Part shown: positions 51,859 to 60,676 of the stretch, piece by piece
How positions within the stretch are numbered: position 1 is the stretch's first letter
Layout of the letters: every line of letters begins with the position of its first letter
Assembly (NCBI RefSeq): GCF_006345805.1
Contig: NW_021833591.1
Span: forward strand, 1 to 60,676
Direction of reading: 5' to 3'
Origin: Octopus sinensis
Taxonomy: Eukaryota
DNA: 60,676 nt
Program-made: the position numbers and the translations under genes
The notes under the pieces: generated by a model
What the model saw: the letters and a program-made list of their open reading frames with translations, nothing else
What the model was told of the DNA's origin: nothing
The model's database searches: none

Positions 51859-52449
51859 AAATATCAGAGAATTCCCAAACATCAAAAGGGGTAGATATAA
51901 AAGAGGTTGTAGGATTAACTGCATTGAAGAAAGTTCGATTCATGGAGATCTGATGAAAGGTTTTAAACCTATAGAATTTATGCATGTCTACATATAGCTC
52001 ATATTGAATATTTGATCAAGTTGTATGAAGAAATTTCGGATACAGTCATGCAAAATTTCTGAAAATCCGAGTAAGAGGCAAAGTGACTGCCACACCATGT
52101 AGAGGAAAGTCTGAGTAAAAACATAGTGACTGTCATGTCGTGTAGAAGAACATCTGTTCTTCTACACGACATGACAGTCACTATGTTTTTACTCAGACTT
52201 TCCTCTACATGGTGTGGCAGTCACTTTGCCTCTTACTCGGATTTTCAGAAATTTTGCATGACTGTATCCGAAAATTTCTTCATACAACTTGATCAAATAT
52301 TCAATATGAGCTACATGTAGACATGCATAAATTCTATAGGTTTAAAACGTTTCATCAGATCTCCATGAATCGAACTTTCTTCAATGCAGTTAATCCTACA
52401 ACCTCTTTTATATCTACCCCTTTTGATGTTTGGGAATTCTCTGATATTG

Positions 52450-52537
52450 TTTCGGCTGACGAGTACGAGCCATCTGTATTCACTGCATTTTTTGTAGCTT
52501 ATTAAAGATGTCCTCTTACGAAACGATCGTACCGAGA
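52450..52537 (+). ncRNA. Type I hammerhead ribozyme motif (HHR-4, right palindrome arm)
   Basis: TTTCGG CTGACGA GTA...CATCT...AGATG...TAC GAAAC-GATC-GTA CCGAGA; predicted cut after 52531. Confidence 0.82.
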
Positions 52538-52565
52538 TTTTAATCCATTCTTGTTGCTTTTTTCC

Positions 52566-52610
<45 letters not shown>

Positions 52611-52774
52611 ATATATATATATATATATTATATATATACATACATACATACATACATACATACATACATACATACATACATGCATGCATACATATCTTAT
52701 ATAAAATTTCTGAGAGACATATAAACAGTAACAGTATGGAATTGTAAACTATATTTGCCAACTGAATGTGGCGT

Positions 52775-53272
52775 GCTATACAGGACAGTGCTACTGTTCT
52801 TTATAGCCCCAGGAAGACATCTCCTCCAGCTGAATAACGACACACATTCTGTGCCCGATTAGAATTTGCGAAGGAGGCCATCACTACCATCTGAAGCCAA
52901 ATCACTATATACTTTTCTAGCAACTCACTGTCGCTGATCTCGTAAAAGAGAGAGATATGTTATATTAAATCTGTATATGTTATATTAAATTTAAAATAAC
53001 ATATCTCTCTCTTTTACGAGATTAGCGACTGTGAGTCGCTAGAAAGGTATATAATAATTTGCGAGTGGAATGAACTTTCATCACTTGCTAGTGATTAACA
53101 CATGCTCGGTGGGAGGGGAGGTAATCACCCAGAAACTTGCATCCGTGTGTATGACGTAAGGTTAGACATGGGAGCGATGAACCCCCTTGCAAATACTAAT
53201 CGGACACAGACTGTGTCATTAGCCAACTGGAGGAGATGTCTTCCTGGTGCTATAAGCACTGTCCTGTATATA
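52775..53272. repeat. Nested inverted repeats (diverged outer pair, hairpin-like inner pair)
   Basis: Outer arms about 52775..52880 and 53175..53272 (CCAGGAAGACATCTCCTCCAG core); inner arms about 52905..52965 and 52997..53052. Confidence 0.75.
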
Positions 53273-53499
53273 TGTGTATATATATGTATACAAACACGCA
53301 CAAACACATATACATATGTAATTTTTATATGTAGCGGAATAGCTGCATAGAAAGGGCCACGTAAGTTAGGGACGGGCTTGGAAAGATTGGCAAAATGGGG
53401 CCACAAAAAGCAACACAAAGTTGCAAAAAAATAAACAACGCAACATTTATATCAAAGAAAGGAAGATGAGCAGAGTAAGAAGTTTATCATTGTTTTAAG

Positions 53500-53800
53500 A
53501 CATCAGAAGTGTGGCATATTCTGAATGGCAAGATTGTTTGGGAGAGAAATGAAAGACATTATTGATGAAGATTCTGTACGGAATAATAATCATACTCTTG
53601 TTATTCATGAAATGTAAAGAAAGAAGAGCAGACGTGTTATAATGAGAATTTGTTGGATGAAAAGAATAGAAGGGGGATAAAGAGTGTATCGGAAGTAAAC
53701 CCAGTTGAGGGGGCCATCCATCCAAATTTACAGCCGTATAGTGGAGAATGCGATTAAAGACATGAAGGTAGTGAAGGTATCTGATACGAAATACTCATGA
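53500..53800 (+). mobile_element. Highly degenerate RTE-like LINE remnant
   Basis: Manual translation NLLDEKN...VNPVEGA...VENAIKDMK resembles the region just before the RT of RTE-clade LINEs. Confidence 0.4.
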
Positions 53801-54579
53801 GATTGGGATGCGGGTTAGTCAGCCCCTAAGTAAATCAACTTGAATAGGAGATTCTTATACCCAGTGACTGATGTGGTAATACCATTTTCAACTGCTATAA
53901 AAGGCAAAGGTAATGTATTAAAGTAAGAATGCTTGAGGTGTTAAACTGTTGGGGCCAGTTATGAAGGTTACAAAAAGAATTACATCTCATTTGCTTAGAA
54001 AAAGAAAATTAATGTAGACGTGATTTTTGTTTTTATGGTGAGAATAAATACAACTGATGCTGTCTTCTCAGTGAGACAAGAGCAGAAATATTCTGCCCTA
54101 TTCCTTGTTTATTTAGATAATATACATGTTGTTTCTCAGCTCTGTGATCCGTCTGGTTCAAGAATAAAGGTCACAAGAACTAGAGAGTGACAGGAATACT
54201 AGCCTCACTCGAACCCGTATATACATTACATCACAGCTAGAATGCTATGTATTTGAAATCCTACAAAAAGAGATACATCATTCCTCCTTTTCTCCCCAAT
54301 ATTCTAAGTCTCTGTCATAACACTACGCTCTAGGTCACACTCACCCAGGAGACATGTGTATGTGTGCCTGAGGGTACATATGTATATCTTTGTGTGATCT
54401 ACTGAATTCAAAGTTTCTAACACAATAGCCAGTTTCAATAATTGGATGGGCGTGGGACATATTTGTAAGTATTGAAATTAGCCTTTCAAATTTCAGATGC
54501 ACTTGACTTAACACGGTTATATGAAAAGTCTTTTTAAGAGAGGAACGTTTCTTGGAAATTTAAATAAAAGAAAACTGGT

Positions 54580-54631
54580 TGTATACATACATACATACAC
54601 ATAGTCATATATGTATACATATGTACGTGTG

Positions 54632-54662
<31 letters not shown>

Positions 54663-54836
54663 TTGTGTATGTGTGTGTGTGTTTGTGTATGTGTGTGTGT
54701 GTTTGTGCATGTGCGTGTGTATTGTATGTATGCTTATACAAATTTGCATTGCATACGTATATATTTATTTATATATTATATATATATATACATACATACA
54801 TATATAATACACACAAACACACACACACACACACAG

Positions 54837-54922
<86 letters not shown>

Positions 54923-54925
54923 TGA
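54580..54925. repeat. (TG)n/(TA)n/(TATG)n microsatellite cluster; similar tracts at about 46580-46715, 48885-48955, 51525-51625, 52565-52700, 55740-55930, 59230-59350
   Basis: Direct reading. Confidence 0.9.
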
Positions 54926-55120
54926 TGTAAGTTTACGTATAATATAGCAAATAGCAAAACAGTAAAAAAAAAGGGTATCGGGTCATATTATTACATGAGA
55001 GGCCAATATGGGGTGGGTTTAAGTGCCTTCGAAACAAAACTGGATATCCTCCTGTCAAAATACCAGGTCCTTGCCACTGAAGTACAGACGATTGGGAGAG
55101 GGAAGATATAGATAGGTAGC

Positions 55121-55453
55121 TCGACCCCAGTACGCAACTGGTGCTTAATTTATCGACCCTGAAAGGATGAAAGGCAAAGTCAACCTCGGCGTAATTTGAA
55201 CTCAGAACGCAAAGACAGACGAAATACCCATTTCTTTACTACCCACACGGGGCTAAACACAGTGGAGACAAACATGGACAGAGAGAAGGATCAAATCGAT
55301 TACATCGACCCCAGTGCGCAACTGGTACTTATTTAATCTACCCCGAAAGGGTTAAAGCAAAGTCGTCCTCGGCCAAATTTGAACTCAGAACGCAAAGACA
55401 GACGAAATAACGCTAATCATTTAGTCCGGCGTGTTAACGTTTCTGCCAGCTCA
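55121..55453 (-). mobile_element. tRNA-derived SINE: one near-complete copy (about 55229..55453) plus a tandem partial copy (55121..55228)
   Basis: Minus strand has A-box-like GCTGGCAGAAACGTTA and B-box GTTCAAAT; the segment TCGACCCCAGT...AAGACAGACGAAATA is duplicated. Confidence 0.8.
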
Positions 55454-55677
55454 CAGCCTTTGGAGCTTCAATAAATTAAATGACAAATGTGTTCATCTTA
55501 ATGAGATATCTGTGCGTCATTGGAATGTAGTGATAGACAGTTGTACAACACGAGTACTACTCTGAGTCTCTGTGACTAGAACCTAGTGGCAGACCGAATC
55601 TAGATGAACAATGATTATGTGAAATAGCAGGTTTTACATCAGAACGCACTTCTCCTAAAAAGTACTGTAACAACAGC

Positions 55678-55740
55678 GAGCGTTGCGTCCTTGAGCAAGA
55701 CACTTTATTTCACGTTGCTTCAGTCCATTAAAATGGCAAA
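55678..55740 (+). mobile_element. SINE central-domain fragment (CORE/V-like)
   Basis: GTCCTTGAGCAAGACACTT motif. Confidence 0.5.
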
Positions 55741-55766
55741 CATACATACATACATACACACATACA

Positions 55767-55898
<132 letters not shown>

Positions 55899-55929
55899 GT
55901 ATGAATGTATATATGTATGTATATATATA

Positions 55930-56492
55930 TAAACAAATCAAATTGCGATAAAATAAAAATAATTATAATCGCTGGTATTACTAACACAAGCCATATATTT
56001 TTCATATATCAGTACATTAAGGCGAAATATGTGCTAGGAATACAGAAGCTTGATAAATTAAGTGAAATGAAGATAAAAACATTTACTAAACCGGTAATTC
56101 TCAGACTGCAGTTTCTTTCTTTTCAGCAATAAAGAAAATTTATTTGCTCAGGGAGAATTCTTCAGTGAGACCCTGTCTTTCTGGGATCCTAACTCACTAG
56201 AAGCATGTGCTTCTAATGATTTACTCTCCCTAACTAATCATATCACTGCGCAGACTCCGAACGTCCCGACAAAACTAGGGAATTCTGGTATATCGCCTGG
56301 CGCTCGTAATTTATCGAGAAATATGTAAACAAATCAAATTGCGATAAAATAAAAATAATTATAATCGCTGGTATTACTAACACAAGCCATATATTATGGC
56401 TTGTGTTAGTAATACCAGCGATTATAATTATTTTTATTTTATCGCAATTTGATGTTTACATATTTCTCGATAAATTACGAGCGCCAGGCGAT
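55930..56492 (-). mobile_element. Small hammerhead-containing element: 396-bp partial tandem repeat plus terminal inversion (PLE pLTR or retrozyme-like)
   Basis: 70-bp direct repeat at 55930..55999 and 56326..56395; palindrome 56292..56492; HHR-5 inside; (TA)n on the left. Confidence 0.75.
56099..56170 (-). ncRNA. Type I hammerhead ribozyme motif (HHR-5)
   Basis: Minus strand: TCTCA CTGAAGA A-TTCT...AGCAAATAAA...TTTATTGCT...AGAA-A GAAAC-TGCA-GTC TGAGA. First pair of stem II is an A.A mismatch. Confidence 0.75.
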
Positions 56493-57377
56493 GTGATCAC
56501 GTGACCGACGAGGCAACCAGATGCTACTACACATCGCTGGTCACAATTCACTTCGCTTTGTTTTAGCCTCCAAATGACGCCACCCCACTGGCTAAGCGAG
56601 CAGGCTTATATATATATATATACAAAGACATACATATATGTATCTGAATATAATACATGCATACATACTAAGAGCCAACGTTACGACAGAAAACGTCGCC
56701 ACTCATAAGAGGAAGAATTAGTTGTGGAATGTCCCAGTGATAATAATTGTGGTAATCAGATGTCCATCGGGTGTTAACATAAACCTTAAGATCAGCGAAA
56801 AACAAAATACCTACACTGTACATTTAAGAAACCTAGTCATGCATACGTATATAATACATACATATATAATACACACACGTACATACATATATATAATCTA
56901 AGTTTACGTACAATATATCAAAGAACGAGACAGACATAGAACAGGTATCGGCTCAAATTACTACAAAGGACTACAAAGTACCACAAAGGACTGAAAGACC
57001 AATTTGGGTTGCGTTTAGGTGGATTTGAAACAAAACTAGATCTCTTATCCATGTACAAGGATGTAGCGATTGTTACAGAGGTTAGCGAAAGGACAGGGAT
57101 AGACAGATAGTTAGTTAGTTAGTTAAGTTAGTTAGTTAGTTTAGCTAGTCAGTTAGATAGATAGATAGACATATACACACACACACATACAAAAAGACGC
57201 GAGCCCGCGTGCAAGCATAAGTATATATTGACGAATACAACAGCCTTCTTGTGATATTGCTAGGGTAACATAAATATACGTATCTATCTATCTCTCCCTC
57301 TCTCTCTCAAATTATATATGTATATATATATATAATGTATGTATATATGTATGACTCTATGTATGTATGTATATATT

Positions 57378-57426
<49 letters not shown>

Positions 57427-57699
57427 CCGGGGTGAGTACTTGATATTTTATTTTTATATTTTACTTCTAACTCTTATATTGTATTTCTTATTTTATACTG
57501 TATTTCTTACTTTTATTTCTAAGTTTTATTCTTACCATCATTCTTACTCCTTTTTTTACCCCTAACTTATCGCATTATATCTCTATTTACGTCTATTTTT
57601 TGCTTATCCCTTATTTACTCACCTATGGATCTACTTTATGATTATACATGCGTCCGTGTACGTGTGTATACATGTACATATGTGTACGTATGTACGAGT

Positions 57700-58470
57700 A
57701 AACATCTACGTCTGGATGTGCATACCCCATTTTTAAAATAATTTTCTTTAATATTTCCCGTAATAACTTTTTAAAATTTAAAAAATTTTTTACATGTTTT
57801 TTAAAAAGTTTTTTTCAAAATTAAAAAAAATTTTTTTTTACATGTTTTTTTACATCTTTTTTTACATCTTTTCGCAGATTTCTTATATGCATATATTTAC
57901 ACACATTTGTATACATCTTTTAATATCTTATAGCTATACCTATACGCGCGTATGTCTCTGTGTGTGCATGTGGATGTATATGTACACGCACATATAGACA
58001 CACAGCCGTGTGTGCGTGTACGTATAGACGTGAGTGCGTGATTCTTTACATGCGTTCTTATACACATCTTTTATTACCGTATATCTAAACCGGTATGCGT
58101 GGGCATCTGTGTACGTGTATGTAGGGATGGACGTACGTATGTATATATGGGTGTGTGTATCTGCATATGTATGTATATGTATGCACGTGCCTATATGTGT
58201 GCATATGTGTATATGCATATGTATATATGTATGTGCGTGTGTGTGTATATACACATATATGTATATGTACACGGATAATGTCCGGGTATATATACGCATA
58301 TTCTGTTGTATGTATGTATACATGCGCATGTGTGTGGGTGTATATGGGTTTCTGTATATGTTTACACGTGAGTACGTATGTATGATTATATGCTTGGAGC
58401 TGTGTATGCGTGCGTATATGTGCGCGTGTATATGGGTGTATGTATCCATGCTGGTATGTATGTACAAGAT
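57700..58470. repeat. Degenerate (TA)/(TG)n dinucleotide region
   Basis: Direct reading; source of Y/I/V/C-rich spurious ORFs. Confidence 0.85.
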
Positions 58471-59119
58471 GACCAATTAACTCAAGGAACTAGATTAACC
58501 GCTCAACAGATCTGATTTACAACACCAAGTCCCCAGCCTAAGTCCCCAGTTGATTCTACAACTGGATTTTGTCATTTTCCTGACCACCATGTTTGGTCCG
58601 AAACCACTATACATCCCTTATCCTTATATATTTTTTTATTATTTTTATTCCTATTTTTATTCCTATTTTTATTTTTTTGCTTTTATTTTTATTTTTATTT
58701 CTATTTCTATTTTTACTTTATAACTTGATACCTTTATATTCATTTATATTTTTTTATATTCTTTATACCCCCTTATATCTCCTTATATCTCTTTATATCT
58801 TTATACTCTACACTTTTACATTTTTCTATACTTACACTTTTTATATATTTTTTTATCCTTCGTCCTGAATTCTCGCCCCTCCATCTTTACCCCTATTTAC
58901 TCTTATCACCAGGTCCCTTCACGTCTATATATGTATGTATTTGTTAATTTATTTACATTACTTCAACATCTAAATTCCCTCATTCTACATTGAGAGAAGA
59001 ACGAGATGGACGCTTCAATTCTATGCTGCTGCCGCATTATGTCGTGCGCGAATGAGAGGATTTGCATCCCCAACCAAGAATTTTTGATGTAACACATGTC
59101 CTTGTGGAAGTTGTTGTGC

Positions 59120-59197
59120 GCGGCTGAAGAAGGCCACAGACATACATTATGCATTGTTATAAATCTGTCTAATAAAGGCCCGAAACATATGTACCGC
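59120..59197 (+). ncRNA. Type I hammerhead ribozyme motif (HHR-6)
   Basis: GCGG CTGAAGA A-GGCC-ACAGA...TCTGT...GGCC-C GAAAC-ATAT-GTA CCGC. A.C at first pair of stem II; (TA)n about 35 nt downstream. Confidence 0.75.
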
Positions 59198-59349
59198 TGA
59201 ATCCTTGGCATCATGTTTTTATTTTGATCAATATATATATATATATATACATAATGTATGTATATATGTATGTATGTATATATATACATATATATATTAT
59301 ATATATTATATATATATATATATATTATAATATATATATATATATATAC

Positions 59350-60676
59350 TTTGATACTTTGATACTTTGATAGGTTTCGGCCATTATTGGCCAAGGCCAT
59401 GTCTAACTTAATAGCACCACCTGGTGAAGTCCTTCAAGTCAGAATTTGGGCACTATGGCCCACTCAAGTAGAGAGTTATTGTTTACAGAGACATATCCGG
59501 GTGTAGGGGGTTTATCCGGGATTTCTTGAAGGAATCTGTCCAAAGACTTTTTGAACCCTATAGGGTCAGTTTCTGTTTTAGTGTGTTTTGGTGTAATGTT
59601 AAAGAGAGCGGGGCCAATTGAGGTGAAATAATTGTGCCGTGTTGTTGTTATGAGTTGAGAGTGCGATTTTTGTTTTGGGCGGATGGCACGGGGCCCAAGC
59701 CTTGGATGTACCTTAAAGGTGATGCCTACATCATTTGGGCAATGCTGATGGAATATTTTCCACATCATGCAGATAATGTAGCGCTCACGACGACGTTGGA
59801 GAGAATAAAGTTTTAGCTTTTCTAGTCGACCCCAATAGTCGAGGCCTGTCATGCCATCTATCTTTTTTGTGATTGCCCTTTGAGGTGCTTCAACTTTTAT
59901 GATACTTTGTATTGTGTGGGGAGACCACAGTGGACAACAGTATTCAAGGTGGGGTCGGGCAAAAGTGGAGAAGAGAAGGATAATGGTGTGGATATCTCTC
60001 GACTGGAAAGTTCTGAGAATCCAGGAACACATTCTGCGGGCCATGTCAACTTTGGTGTTTATATGAGTGGCCCAGCTTATGTTGTTGTCCACAATTACTC
60101 CCAAGTCTCTGATGTTGTTGGACGCCGCGAGAGTTTCACCTGAAGGAAGGGAGTATGGGAGTTTCAGGGCATCCTCTTTTCCAAAGTGGATTAACTCAAA
60201 TTTATCCTCGTTCAGCAGCATATTGTTTTTTTCTGCCCATTGGATAACAGCCAGTAGATCTGACTGAAGGCATGTCCGGTCACTCGCCTCATTTATGACC
60301 TTCTGTAGCTTGGAATCATCTGCAAAGATTTTTATGTTGCTGTGCTTGATGATGTCATTAATGTCATTAATGTAGATGATGAAAAGAAGTGGGCCCAGCA
60401 CAGTGCCTTGCGGAACGCCACTACTGACTTTGGCCGGGCTTGATTTTACCCCTTCAACTACAACATGTTGAGATCTGTCTGTCAGGAAACACTTGATCCA
60501 TTTCAGTAACTTTCCAGAGACACCAATGTTGGATAGTTTTTTCAATAGGATCTTGTGATCAACCCTGTCGAAGGCCTTACTGAAATCAAGGTAGATGACA
60601 TCGGTGTTGGAGCCCTCTCCCAAAGCTCTCAAAATGTCATCAAAGTGATGCAGGAGCTGCGTTAGGCAGTCCCTTC
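59350..60676 (-). mobile_element. CR1-group LINE 3' part (RT C-terminal region; extends beyond window)
   Basis: ORF 59439..60632: YLDFSKAFDRV, GVPQGTVLGP, IFADD, RPHLEYCCPLWSP; short tandem TCAAAGTA tail at about 59348..59371. Confidence 0.92.

Larger units (their letters stand above)
51740..52568. repeat. 829-bp palindrome (413/414-bp arms, 2-nt spacer)
   Basis: Centre AGAAGAACA-TC-TGTTCTTCT at 52153..52154. I counted three substitutions and one indel between arms. Confidence 0.95.

Noticed and set aside
51950-51975. CTGATGA as an additional hammerhead core
   Set aside because: No correctly placed GAAA or stem III after the small hairpin.
57110-57150. (TTAG)n and the (CTAA)n LINE tails as telomeric repeats
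   Set aside because: Short tetranucleotide tracts, not TTAGGG or TTAGG arrays.

Overview
AT-rich, repeat-saturated animal genomic DNA with no recognisable host gene. The repeat repertoire looks cephalopod/Octopus-like, which is inference from recalled repeat families and not a search. 1-45.6 kb: degenerate (ATT/ATC)n arrays (one about 14 kb) colonised by at least 11 copies or fragments of 3-4 families of R4/Dong-clade non-LTR retrotransposons (RT + CCHC + PD-D/ExK restriction-like endonuclease). They are always oriented so that the sense strand abuts (TAA)n. This half also holds a young CR1-type LINE, a 555-bp non-coding insertion and a 2-kb GGAAA/TTTCC satellite. 38-60.7 kb: (TA)n-rich sequence with two Penelope-like (PLE) GIY-YIG fragments, a Gypsy remnant, SINEs, an RTE remnant and a second CR1-type LINE. 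The most notable signal, not shown by the ORF track, is six well-formed type I hammerhead ribozyme motifs (plus two degenerate ones) between 39.5 and 59.2 kb. All six have a 2-bp stem III closed by a palindromic tetraloop and an unusually long stem II. They sit in PLE 3' regions, in an 829-bp palindrome and in a 396-nt retrozyme-like partial tandem repeat. All folds and alignments were done by eye, and frameshifts or palindromes could partly be long-read assembly artefacts.
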